A program made the translations under genes and the position numbers. This document shows positions 1 through 11,966 of a DNA stretch of 64,000 nt, piece after piece. The DNA lies in assembly GCA_951406725.2 (NCBI GenBank), contig OX597818.1, forward strand, positions 146,940,001 to 147,004,000, in the 5' to 3' direction. The number at the start of each line of letters is the position of its first letter. Position 1 is the first letter of the stretch. The notes beneath the pieces are model-generated. The model saw only the letters and a list, made by a program, of their open reading frames with translations. It had not been told where the DNA came from and made no database searches. The DNA is from Octopus vulgaris (lineage: Eukaryota).

Positions 1-43
1 AGTTCTAACACCAAGTTATTAGCATCACTATGCCTAAGCATAT

Positions 44-77
<34 letters not shown>

Positions 78-2383
78 TTTTTATTTCATTTGGGCACCGT
101 GACACTAAAAAGTATTTGGTAGAATTCAATGTATACATATGCTTTAGCATTAGGCACACACACACACACACACACATACAAGTTTAATTTTTCATTATTT
201 GAGAAAAAGATTTGGTGCTTATGTTTTCTAAGTGTGAATCAAACAGAAATTATCCCTCTTATTATTAAATGATGGGTGGAGAGTATTTCAACGTTTTTGT
301 CTTTCATGTTATTTGCCATCTTTCACTCATTGAAATATTTCTGGAGATCAGAATAGATTTATTGTAAAAGGCTAATTTCCACAACATAATTACTAAAGTT
401 CACTCTACAAGGTCAGGCAATGAGTTCAATGGCTTTTGGCTTATTAATAAATACAAAACAGTCAGTTGATAATCTCAGTTAATTCTATTAAATAAAAACA
501 AATATTACTTAAAAGAAAGAATAACAAACAAAATGCATATATATATATATATACACACATACTGCTTATATTTTGTTCTGTAAGCATCTATGTGTGCATT
601 CAGGTATGTTTGTATATTTGTGTGCATATATGCATGTATGTGTGTGTGTGTGTGTATATATATATATTAGAGAGAGAGAGAGAGAGCGCAAGGTAAAGGT
701 TGTAAAGTTTGCAAGGACACTTTGAAGTTTTTCTGGTCATTGACTTTTTCAAATGTCGGACAGACAAACTGATGATGTGAACAAGTCAGCAAAACTGCAA
801 AGTCAGTGTCAACTTTTTCTTTGCATAAATAAATATGATACTCAAATATATTGGGTGATCATTCGGTTAATGTTTAACTGTTTTTATATATAAGTATACA
901 TAAGGACAAACATTAACACACACACACACTGCCATTATCATCATCATCATCATCATTTAATATCCCTGTTCCATGCTGGCATTGTATTCCAGGGTCTGCT
1001 TTGGTACGGTGTCTCTGACTGAATGCCCTTTCTAATGTCAATTGCTTTGCAGCGTATACTGGGTGCTTTTGTTTTGTGCCACCAGCAATCTACAAATCCA
1101 AGGAGTGGGTTGCTACATTCCTATGTTAGATGAAGATTAAGGCATGAAAGGAGACAATGGTGTAAAAGCAGTTTCTTATTGTAGAGTATCTCCATGGCAA
1201 TTCACTTTTAGGAGAGAGAGTGAGAATGAGTTGGTGGTAATCACCACAGAAATAGATAGTAATGATGAGGCATCCAGGTGGCACCTGACGGTGTGAGGTG
1301 AGTAGTATTGAGTTGATGCTGAATACTTCATCTTTTGAGGCAAATTCATACATTGTTTAGGGAGTAGAACTGGCCCCAAGCAAGGCTTTTCTTCAATTTA
1401 AAAATCTTCAGGAACAAACATCACTTAATTTTTATTTCTATTATATGTTGCATGCCATGGCTGGTCATAGCTGAAATAGGCAAAACATTTAATGAAAAAT
1501 TCCTTGATGGAATAAAGGCATGTGTGTCCATGTCGGTGGTCACTTCCCTGAACATCTACTGCAAGAGGTGCCCATCGTTTCCATATCAGTGCAAAAGAGT
1601 GTAAGTCCCTAACAGGACTGAAAACATCCATGCTGTTTTGAGAGAACAGTTAAATGATGTCAACACTCGAAATAAAGATGCCCCCAGTATGTGTGCATGG
1701 ATGGATATGTGTGAGTTGGTGGTATCTTTAAAGAACTAGTTAGTAATGATGAAGTATCCAGGTGGCACCTGAAGGTACAAGGTGAGTAGTAGTGGGTAAG
1801 TGTTGCAAAAGTGTATGGGGTGGAGAGATAGGGGAACTGGGCAAGAGGCGTAAAGATTAGGAAGGGTTGAGGGGAGGAAATGCATGAGATGAAGAAGTTA
1901 GAGGGATGCTAGCTGTAGGGTAGAAATGATGATACAGTTGAGAGAGGGAGCAGAAAGATGACATGTTTGGGTAGGCTGCAGGAGCAGGGTAGAGAAACAG
2001 CATAGTGTATGAAGAGAGATAATTTGGTGGTCCAAGGAGGGGTATAGAATGGCTACTGTAACATGTGGGTGCAAAGAACAATATAAATGGTTAAAGAATA
2101 AATAGTAAGTGAAATGGTTTATAGATACATACACACACACACACAGAAAGTAGCTGATTGACTACCATTATAGTGACAGAATGTGTTGCAATAGTTCATC
2201 TGGCTCTGTGTTCTGAGTTCAAATCCCACGAAGGTCAAATTTGCTTTTCATCCATTTGAAGTTGACAAAGTACCAAGCTGTGCTAGAGTAAACATCTCTA
2301 GTAAAAGGATCAAGAGAATATCTGTTAACAAATAAATGGGTACCTAAAACTATAACAAAAACTATGGCATATACCAATATCAA

Positions 2384-2419
<36 letters not shown>

Positions 2420-2439
2420 AGTCAGTGAATGAATTATCC

Positions 2440-4200
2440 TATGTTTATCGTCAGCATGGAAAATTCATTTAACCGAAACCTGGGTAGCAAATTCACATCA
2501 GAAACACGGTTGAAGTGACCTGTCAAGGGTAGAAACTCCGGGTTCATGTGCAGAAATTTGTGTGTTGTATATGAATAAATGAAAGAATGGAATCGAACGA
2601 AGTTGTTAACAAAATTCCTTTACTCTCAACATATGTTTCGAAGACAACATTTTTTCATTCCAAAGGAATAAAGGGTGCATTATGCAATCTTCTCATCAGG
2701 AAAGAAAGGAAGCCTCTCTCGACAACAAGACAAACAAAAATTTCGATGACTGCCTTCATGGTAAGCAAAGCAATAATGAGTGTTTCTTTTAAAAGAACCG
2801 TTAGAAGAATTGACGTCAAAGATAGATAGTAGGAAGAGAAGGGTCAAAGGAATAATAGGTAGGGAACAAGTGGAGAGGGAAGGGAACGTTGATTGAAAGA
2901 ATGTTCGAAGGCTTAGGAAAGAATTTCTCTATAGAAGTGGGGTGGACGTAAAGCTAATTGTTCAAATCGTTATCATTTATATGAGTAGAAAGTGTGTTTC
3001 TGCCAGTGTTTACATTTGTATGATTTTTCTATGAGTGTGTTTACTAGGGGTACCTTAGAGAAAAGAATATGGAGTTCAGAGTTACAAATGTTACAAAATC
3101 TCCTGCCCTTATCAAAAGGAAAGGATACAGACAGTATGAACCAATCTAACTTGAAATTTACATTGTTGTCTTTAAGACGCCAAACTAATTTACTTAGCCC
3201 TGTACTATGTCGTTTTTTACTATCCCTGAATGTTGAATAATGGTTTGAAATTCTCTTGGATAACTGGGAAGTGGACGCTCCTATATAGAAGAAGACATCG
3301 GTACCGGAAGAAATTCTACACTGGTAAATAGAATTCTTAATCTTAGAATTACTAGACAAAAATTTAATTCTGTTGGGGTTGTCCTCCGAGATCGAAACAA
3401 AGTTTTTGTTGTTATGATTGTTGTTACTATTATTATTAGCGCTAACAACTACACTATTTCTATTATTATTAGTATTATTAATGGTACTACAACCAGTAAT
3501 ACCACCGACAATAATACCGTTATTGTTGTTACTATCAACACTACCATTGTTATTAACACGACTAATACTATTATTAATATTATCATTGTTAACACTTTCG
3601 CTGCTACCAATTCTGTTACTATTAATATTATTCCTATTATTATGATTGTATGATGGGTTGGAATTAGCAAGATTAGTGTTGGAACTCCCGGGTGAAGAAT
3701 CTTTGTTTAGCAGCTTGGTATTGTGGGAAGATATAATTTGTGAAAGATTCCTAGTGTTTGAGAAAGCAATTCTGACCTTGCGGGAATTGATAATAGAATG
3801 ATATCTAGAATTTCTGGGAAAGTTCCTTGCAACGGCTTCACGGAACTGTAAGGAAAGGTTCGATTTAATTTGTTTTCCGAAAGGTATTACGAACCAGATA
3901 CAGTTTTTTGTGGTCTTTGAATTGTTCTTAGTGTTATTTGTGATAGTAAGGGGAAAATTTCTGGGTTGGAAATTTGGGGTTGCATGGCGACCAATTCCCG
4001 GACATCTGTGGAGGTCTTTATCGCGACGATTGTCTGATTTACCTCCAAAACAAATAGCAGTAAAACTAAATTTTCAATCAAAACTTTTAACAATTTTCAA
4101 GTCAGAGAAATCACCATTGTTTGCAAACAGGAGTTAAGTCCCCTTCTAGCAACGAGTAAGTTTTTGTTAAGACTTTTGTTTCTTTTCCATCGAGGAAAAA
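2440..4200 (-). mobile_element. Penelope-like retroelement, 5'-truncated (linker, GIY-YIG endonuclease and pseudo-LTR region)
   Basis: Stop-free minus frame 4073->2973 with the PLE linker (IWFVIPF...FPRNSRYHSIINSRKVRIAFSNTRNLSQIISSHN), an Asn-rich tract, then GIY-YIG (SIYQC..FYIGAST..RISNH..CNIC..CKH). A hammerhead motif lies downstream. Confidence 0.88.
2615..2711 (-). ncRNA. Type I hammerhead ribozyme in the Penelope pseudo-LTR
   Basis: Minus strand reads UUCCUUUCUUUC-CUGAUGA-GAAGA(loop ~43 nt)UCUUC-GAAA-CAUAUG-UU-GAGAGUAAAGGAA. Core intact, helix I ~12 bp with one bulge, helix II 5-6 bp, palindromic mini helix III, predicted cleavage after GUU (2628/2627). Confidence 0.85.
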
Positions 4201-4306
4201 AGTATTTTGTTGATATACAGGCAACACACACACACACACATGATCATGTATGTGTACAAAAAACATTTATGCAATAGACGTACCTATGTACGTATGCGTG
4301 TGTGTT

Positions 4307-4339
<33 letters not shown>

Positions 4340-4347
<8 letters not shown>

Positions 4348-4468
4348 AATTTCAATGGATTTCGTCCAAATTTGATGTCGATGTTACTTAATTTGGTTTG
4401 AAATAAAGAACTTGATTAGCCTAATAATCCTAACTTAATCCTGGGCAAAGCCGGGTTATACTGCTAGT
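4340..4468 (+). mobile_element. Non-autonomous Helitron-like 3' end
   Basis: GC hairpin CCCTGGGCAAAGCCGGG followed 8 nt later by CTAG|T at 4464-4468, the canonical Helitron 3' signature. Confidence 0.55.
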
Positions 4469-4469
4469 A

Positions 4470-5029
4470 TTTGATTATATGTATGTATATGTGTATATAT
4501 GTATATATATATATGTATATGTCTGTATATATGTCTGTGTACATATATGTATATATGTGTGTATACATATGTGTATATATATGCATGTGTGTGTATATAT
4601 ATGTATATATGTGTATGCATATATATGTGTGTATATATATATATGTTTATAGATATATGTATATATACATGTATGTATATATGTATTTGTGTGTATGTAT
4701 ATATATATGTACATATGTATATGTGTGTGTGTATATATATATATATCTATGCATATACGTACATGTATGTGCATATATGTATATATATTTGTATGTATAT
4801 ATATATTTTCTTTGTTTTAGTCCTTTGTCTGTGGCCATGCTGGGGCACTTACTTCTAGTCGCCCAAACAGACCCCAGTACTTATACTTTGTAAGCTTAGT
4901 ACTTATTCTATCAGTCACTTTTGCCGAACTGCTAATTTACTGGGAGGTAAACACACCAGCATTCATTGTCAAGCAACTTGACAGACACAGGCTTCTTTCA
5001 TATATATATATATGTGTGTGTATATATAA

Positions 5030-5061
<32 letters not shown>

Positions 5062-5375
5062 GTTGTGTGTATATATAAATATATATATATATACACACAT
5101 ATATATGTGTGCATATATAAATATATACATATGTGTGCATGTATAAATATATATATATGTGTGTGTATATATATATATATATACATGTATATATGTGTGC
5201 ATATATAAATATATACAGTTATATGTGTGCATATATAAATATATACGGTTATATGTGTGCATATATAAATATATACATATGTGTGCATATATAAATATAT
5301 ACATATATATGTGTGCATATATAAATATATACATATATATGTGTGTATATATAAATATATGCATATATATATATA
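4470..5375. repeat. Compound (TA)/(TG) microsatellite field including a ~28-bp higher-order unit
   Basis: ATATGTGTGCATATATAAATATATACA repeats at ~5100-5360. Other simple repeats: (GATA)n 17135-17325, (GA)n 11812-11871, (CA)n 17965-18057, TA/TG 36097-36425, (CACT)n 50016-50131. Confidence 0.95.
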
Positions 5376-5636
5376 ATAATAATAATAATAATAATTGTGT
5401 ACAGTGCTCAGGTGCACTACAACTCATCTAAAGTGTATATATAATCAGGTGTAGTTTCGACGGATTTCGGGAAGCATGAGGGCCTTAAAGGATGCAGTGT
5501 CATGGCAGTCAACAACTGATGCAGGCAGTTTATTCCACGCTTCAGCAACCCTGAGCGTGAAAAAATGTTTCCGAAAGTCATGGGAGCTGTGCTGTTTTCT
5601 GACTTTGTAGGCATGTCCACGTGTGTTAGACACATG
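5374..5636 (-). mobile_element. CR1/L2-group LINE 3' fragment
   Basis: ORF2 C-terminus NTRGHAYKVRKQHSSHDFRKHFFTLRVAEAWNKLPASVV followed by a short 3'UTR and an (ATT)n tail. Confidence 0.85.
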
Positions 5637-5790
5637 GAGATATATTACGGAGATGTACTTGCATAGCAAGTGATCTGATCTGAGATCGTGTGCTGGAATG
5701 AAAACAATTGCAGCGTGGAAAGTGTTTATAAGCTATTTAAGAAATACACAAAAACTGTTAAATTCACTTCAGCATTTTAATTTAATTTAA

Positions 5791-5841
5791 TTTGTCAAAA
5801 TATTTTCGTCACTTTGAGACCACAACCTGTTCACTGACAAA
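5791..5841 (-). ncRNA. Minimal hammerhead-like motif with G3:C8 core variant
   Basis: UUUGUCA-GUGAACA-G-GUUGU ggucucaaa GUGAC-GAAA-AUAU-UU-UGACAAA; perfect 7-bp helix I and palindromic AAUAUU helix III. Confidence 0.6.
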
Positions 5842-6013
5842 ATTCTGTACTGCAGAATATACACACATATACATATATGTATATATGTGTATATATAAAT
5901 ACATACATATACATGTGTGTTTATGGGGAGAGTTCATGAAAAAAACAAAAGACAAAGGCAGGTGGTGTACAAAACAAACAGATGTATTAGTATAACGCTC
6001 AGGAATAGAAAAA

Positions 6014-6055
6014 GTCTCCTACGTTTCGAGCCTATGCTCTTCTACAGAGAGGGAC
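6014..6055 (-). ncRNA. Degenerate minimal hammerhead-like motif (CUGUAGA core)
   Basis: GUCCCUCU-CUGUAGA-A-GAGC auag GCUC-GAAA-CG-UA-GGAGAC; helix II and GAAA are perfect, A6 is replaced by U. Confidence 0.4.
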
Positions 6056-6082
6056 ACAGAAAAAAACAAGGAGAGAAAAAAA

Positions 6083-7115
6083 ATGGGTTGTCTGGAAAGT
6101 TCGTAGCTTACCTTTCAACTTATTTTAGAACATGGTTGAGCCCATAAAATAGGATTTGACTACACCTCCATTTAGAGCACAGTTTAAGCCATCTTTTCAT
6201 TGAAGAAGGTTTATGTTCCTATATCCTGTGTTAATTCTGTAACCCTTTAAAATGGAAAGTTCATTTTTGGCACTTGATGCTTTTCTTTTTTCGTAAAGAG
6301 AAAAATGCCTCATAAGCAACCAAAGAAATATGCACAGTTTACGGTGATGTTTCTTTATCCAAAAGAACTGTATGGAAGTGGTTTGCAAGGTTCCGAGCTG
6401 GAGATTGTAGCCTTATTGATAAAGAGCAATGAGGCAGACAATCCACTACAGATGATGACCAAATCAAGTTATTAATTGAGAATAACCCACATTGCACAAC
6501 CTGAGAATTGGCAGAAAACCTCAACCTGTCAAATCGCTACGATGTTTGGGTACCACATGAGTTGAGTGAGAAGAACCTTTTGGATCGCATTTCCATCTGT
6601 GATTCGCTTTATAAAGAAAATGAAAATGCAACTTTTTTAAAGCAAATTGTGACAGGTGATGAGAAATGGATTATCTACCGAAATGTTCAGAGAAAGCGAT
6701 CCTGGAGTAAGCGACATGAGCCACCCTTAGCCACCCCAAAAGCAGATCTTCACCCTAAAAAAGTCTTGCTTTGTGTCTGGTGGGATTGGAAAGGAATTCT
6801 ATACTATGAGCTTCTCCCAAGTAACCAGACAATTCTGAGAAATACATCACACAACTGGATGAGTTAAAAGCAGCAATTCAAGAGAAACATCCAGAATTGG
6901 CCAAGAGGAAGGGTATTGTTTTCCAACATGATAATGCAAGACTGCACATTTTTTGGGGAACCAGACAAAAATTGCTTCAGCTTGGCTGGGATGTGTTACC
7001 CCACCCTCCATATTCACCAGATATTGCTCCTTCAGATTTCCGTTTATTCAGGTCTCTGCAGAATAGTCTTAATAGTAAAAATTTCAATTCCTTGGATGAC
7101 ATAAAAAGATACCTT
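6083..7115 (+). mobile_element. mariner (DD34D) transposon fossil, 3'-truncated
   Basis: Left TIR TGGGTTGTCTGGAAAGTTCGT; frameshifted transposase with WVPHEL, IVTGDEKW, QHDNA and [12 protein letters not shown]. Confidence 0.93.
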
Positions 7116-7722
7116 CATATTCACAAATGCAAATATGAACTGCAAAAGCAGAAATTTAATACTGCATCAAATGCCCAAATTGTGAAGAACTTTATGTTGG
7201 CCAGACAGGCAATGTACTATGAGAACGCTCACATGTGCACTGACAACAAATTAAAAATACAGAAATCTGCCAAATATCACTGAGTGACCATCTAGTAACA
7301 TGTGACCAGGAAATATAATATTTCCATTTCATAAACTCTACAATCTGAATGAAATCAAGAGAAAGCTGAGAGAATAGCACTTAATAAACAATGATATAAG
7401 ATAATCTTATTTAAGTTTTAAATGTCTCATCCCCATATCTAAAAATTAAAAATCTCTGAAAAGTACTGCTGTCATCATTTCTAAAAATAAACACTGAAAA
7501 ATGGTATGGCATCATTTCTAAAAATAGCCAGGTAACTACTACTTCTATCCACAAGAATGTATATAAAGGACAAAATTTAAACAGTTGATCACGTTTGAAA
7601 CCAATGAACACAACTGTCACCACAACCATATGAACCTGAAGACTGCATAAATGGAAGAAAGTATACTAGTTCAATAAGAATAGACAATCAATACTTCATT
7701 TCTTTTTACTATATTATTTCAT

Positions 7723-8020
7723 GGAGGCATAATGGTCCAGTGGTTAGGGCAGCAGACTTGCTGTCAGAGGATCGCAGTTTTGATTCCCAGAACAGGCGTT
7801 GTGTGTGTTTATTGAGTGAAAACACCTAAAGTTCCACGAGGCTCCAGCAGGGGGTGGTGGCGACCCCTGTTGTACTCTGTCGCCCCGACTTTCTCTCACT
7901 GTTTCTTCTTGTTTCTTGGGTAATGCTGTGATGAACTGGTGTCTCATCCAGCTGGGGTGGGGGACACATACACCACAGAAACCAGGAAACCAGGCCCATG
8001 AGCCTGGCTAGGCTTGAAAA
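7723..8020 (+). mobile_element. tRNA-derived SINE with V-domain-like core
   Basis: Head TGGTCCAGTGGTTAGGGCAGCAGAC; core CTGTGATGAACTGGTGTCTCATCCAG...CAGAAACCAGG; second copy at 56199-56500. Confidence 0.75.
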
Positions 8021-8023
8021 TTG

Positions 8024-8072
<49 letters not shown>

Positions 8073-8647
8073 TGAGAGAGAGAGATCTAAAGGATTAAAA
8101 TTAATACATACTCACTCACCAATAGAAAGTTAGTTAAAGGACTGTCTATCAGTTTCAATGACTGACATTGCCATTCTTCAACTAACTGAACCATGTAGTG
8201 CATACGTACCTGAGTATTTCAGACCACTGTTCATTTAATGCACCATTACTACCTACATTATCCTTCTGATTCTGATTATTCCCACATATACCCACAGGCA
8301 TAATTCATGGGATAACGTGTGAGGCAAGGCTGGCTCTTTGAATTGTATAAACAGCTCATCTGATGGGCATCCATGCAGTTTCTGTCTCCCCAATTTCACT
8401 GACAAAACTCAGATCAACCCAGTACTGTATTAGCAAGCAATTACTAAAGATGCTACCACTTGAGACCTTCGCTTAAAGACCTCATAATTATGAAGCAACC
8501 TTCTTAATCATTTGCCTGTGTGTGTGAGTGGTGTCTGCCATAATTTTAATATTCCTTTTTCTGTGTTTACATGAGTTTGACAGAAAAAATCCAATTAAAA
8601 TAATATGAGTGAAATTCAATTTTGAAATATGCAAGGACATTGGAAAA

Positions 8648-8697
<50 letters not shown>

Positions 8698-9226
8698 GGG
8701 AAATGCCAAAAATCAATCCAGTCAAGTGGAGGCAGGAATAAAATATTTTTTTTTAAATGATTAAAAAATAATATAGAGAATCAAATAATGAATAAACATA
8801 TAACTTATATTCTGATCAATAAAAATTCATACTTAAAAGTCAAAAGGATAAAAACAAACAACATTTATAAAATTATAAAGATCAAATGCAACCGTTGGAA
8901 GGAAATGATTCTGGCTTACAAAAAATACAAAATAAGTATCCAACAAATTTGAAGTTCTGTCAAGCAAATAAAATGATGAAAAGTGGCAACGTCAATGCTA
9001 GAGTTAATAGTTGAGTCAGTGACAAAGGCTTCGAAACCAGAAACTTCAAAGAATGCCTCCAACAATTCAATAGTTCAGATTACAAATTAGGGAGATTTAT
9101 CATGAAAACACAATGAAATATTTTTCACTTGTGTGCAATGGACATTTCATAGAATAGGAATAGGAGATTCCATATGCATACATACATAAATACATACATA
9201 TATATAAATAAATGTAAATGTATGTT

Positions 9227-9262
<36 letters not shown>

Positions 9263-9263
<1 letters not shown>

Positions 9264-9440
9264 CACTGTCACTAAAAAGTGTCCAAGGGTGCAGGGAGCA
9301 CCAGCATTGCTAGAAATAAGTACATGTTCCATTTAACTGTTAAACAGAACATATACTTTCTGTGACTAAGGAGTCTCTGACTCTTATCTCTAGCAATGTC
9401 GATGCTCCCTGCACCCATAGTCACTTTTTAGTGATGGCGA
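9263..9440. mobile_element. Foldback/MITE-like element with ~58-bp imperfect terminal inverted repeats
   Basis: 9263-9320 and 9383-9440 are reverse complements (TCACTAAAAAGTG..GGGTGCAGGGAGCA..CATTGCTAGA.ATAAG). Confidence 0.75.
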
Positions 9441-9506
9441 TTTTTGTTCCCTTTTTGGTTTTAAATTGCATCAAGCTACCTTAATTATTATATACATATA
9501 TATATG

Positions 9507-9785
9507 TCCGTTGCCAGCCTCGCCTGGCCCCCGTGCCGGTGACACGTAAAAGCACCATCCGTTCATGGCCGTTTGCCAGCTCTGTCTGGAACCTGTGCGG
9601 GTGGCACATAAAAAGCACCCACTACACTCACGGAGTGGTTGGCGTTAGGAAGGGCATCCAGCCGTAGAAACACTGCCAGATCTGACTGGGCCTGATGAAG
9701 CCTTCCAGCTTCACAGACCCCAGTTGAACCGTCCAACCCATGCTAGCATGGAGAACAGACGCTAAATGATGATGATGATGATGAT
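9507..9785 (+). mobile_element. RTE 3'UTR-derived short element with (GAT)n tail
   Basis: GTGGCACGTAAAAGCACC...GGCGTTAGGAAGGGCATCCAGCCGTAGAAAC...CCCATGCTAGCATGGA..GATGATGAT. Related copies at ~935-1090(-), 16430-16682(+), 25083-25320(-), 35030-35270(+), 43265-43510(-), 56636-56808(+) and 62582-62686(-). Confidence 0.85.
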
Positions 9786-9803
9786 ACACGCACACACACA
9801 CCC

Positions 9804-9839
<36 letters not shown>

Positions 9840-10292
9840 ATAAAGACATAGACATGCATAGTTACAAATTCTCAAAGATTTACCCAAAAAATGAAACTGA
9901 TGGTTTATCAAACTGTAGTCATTATTAAATATTTACAAAACGTGGACACTTTCTACACACACATACACAATAAGCTTTGATTTAAGATCATTTTATATTC
10001 AACTGTCATCTGTAATACGGTCAGCAAGTCAGCACCTTTGTTAGTTTGGGCCCTGTATGTGGGTTCATTATTTTTCATTATTAAGTTCTATATATGTATA
10101 TTTTATATGTGTACATGCATGGGTATGAGTGCAAGTATTTGATATATATGAAAGAGAGGGAGAGGTTATGAGAGGTAATGGTGTCAATAAAATGCAAAGG
10201 TGTCAGGTAACGCTGAGTAAGTGCTAAGCTCCAGGTTCGGTGATTATGGGAATGAGGGGTCCAACGTAGGCCAGGCACCACCATGTGTAGCT

Positions 10293-10499
10293 AAAAAGTT
10301 TTTTAGAATGAGATAAAAATCCAAGGCTGTGAAAGATTTTAGAACATTTGTAAATAGGTCTTACAGCTGTTTCCAGGATATTTTATATATCCCTTCATCA
10401 GGATATATAAGTCACTTTAAATAAAACCTTCGATTCAATAACACCGTGTATTTAGAATGACCAATTTTAAATACCATTGGAACTTACAAGGTATTGGAA

Positions 10500-10536
<37 letters not shown>

Positions 10537-10774
10537 ATTCTGCCTAAATAATGGATCTACTGATGCAATATCTCTGCATATCTCACGTCTATTTTCATTC
10601 CTCCATTCACTTTCTATTTCATATCTTATCTAAATTAACTATTGCTTAACCATTTTCTCACACCGTCTCCAATGAAGGGATATAATAAATATCCTGGAAA
10701 CAGCTGTAAGACCTATTTATAGATGTTCTAAAATCTTTCACAGCCTTGGATTTTTATCTTGTCCTAAAACTTTT

Positions 10775-10775
<1 letters not shown>
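10293..10775. repeat. Inverted pair (~105-bp arms, 10293-10400 and 10672-10775) of a hammerhead-containing PLE-type repeat
   Basis: Arms are near-exact reverse complements. Each contains (CUGAUGA/CCAAUGA)-AGGGAUA..UAUCCUG-GAAA-CAGCUG-UA-AGAC. Confidence 0.8.
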
Positions 10776-10842
<67 letters not shown>

Positions 10843-11816
10843 ACACATATATAGATAGATGGATGGATGGAATGAAGAAGCCTGTTATGTGTGTATATTT
10901 GTATATATATATATATATATATTGAAGTTTATCTTTTAGCTTTAATTTGTTTCACTCATTAGACTGCAGCCATGCCTGAGCACTGCCTTGAAGGGTTTAG
11001 TCAAATAAAGTCAACCCCAGAACTATTTTTTAAAGCCTGGTACTTATTCTATCAGTCTCTTTTTGTTGAACTTCTATGTTATGAGGATGTAAACAAACCA
11101 ACACAAGTTGTCAAGCAGTGGTGGGGGACAGAGACAAAAACAGATAGGTATATTCACACACGCACACGCACGCACACACGCACACACACGCACACACATT
11201 GTGGGCTCTCCTGTCGTTAATGACAGATGAGTTCTACAATGCCTTTCCAAACTACCAAAACAGATGATTTATTTATAGTGATTAAATGTTTGTGCTGTGC
11301 ATTAACTTGCTCCCTTCATCGCGTGTGTGCGTGTGTGTGTGTGCGTGTGTGTGTGTGATATACACAAATGCATGCATACAAACATGGATATAATGTACTT
11401 GAAATAAAACAGAAAATTGATGAAAGTGTACATATCAAAATACAAATATCTATTCACCCTGGACCTAACAATATTTCTGTAAAAACAGAAATGAAACAAT
11501 TTAAATATCACACAGCCATTCACATCATCAGCAAGAAAATTGCCAAAGATTATTTGCAGAAAGTAGATCCATTCATATACCTGTGTCTGACGTAAAGTGA
11601 TACATGAGTAAACTAATGTGAAATGATGCAATTTTCAGAAAATGTCTCTGTGGGGGTAAGAATTCTTTAGGCAAAAGCACTGAAGTTTCAGTTGTAAAAT
11701 TTAACTCACAGAATAGGATCTATATTGGTAAATATTCATCAAGTATATCTATTATGTATTTCAGTGCAACAAGGTCTACAGAGGATGCTTGTTTACATTA
11801 GATGGATGGAAAGAGA

Positions 11817-11874
<58 letters not shown>

Positions 11875-11966
11875 TATATATGTTATATAAACGAGATGAA
11901 CAGAAAACAAAACAAGATGTGCATGTCAAAATAAAATACTTATAATTGTAACTATCAACATACATA

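Noticed and set aside
768-812. CTGATGA motif (also at 9692, 46917 and 48683)
   Set aside because: No correctly placed helix II plus GAAA plus UH; chance matches.
3414-3670. Hydrophobic Leu/Ile/Val-rich ORFs resembling membrane proteins
   Set aside because: They are alternative frames of the Asn-rich tract in the Penelope ORF.
4471-5431. Many 60-150 aa ORFs rich in Y/I/C/V/H/T (also 17762-18339, 36076-36367, 47519-47904)
   Set aside because: They are translations of (TA)n/(CA)n/(TG)n microsatellites, not genes.
8940-9115. Unique-looking segment examined as a possible RII D/D exon
   Set aside because: No frame resembles the D/D consensus and no suitable phase-1 donor was found.
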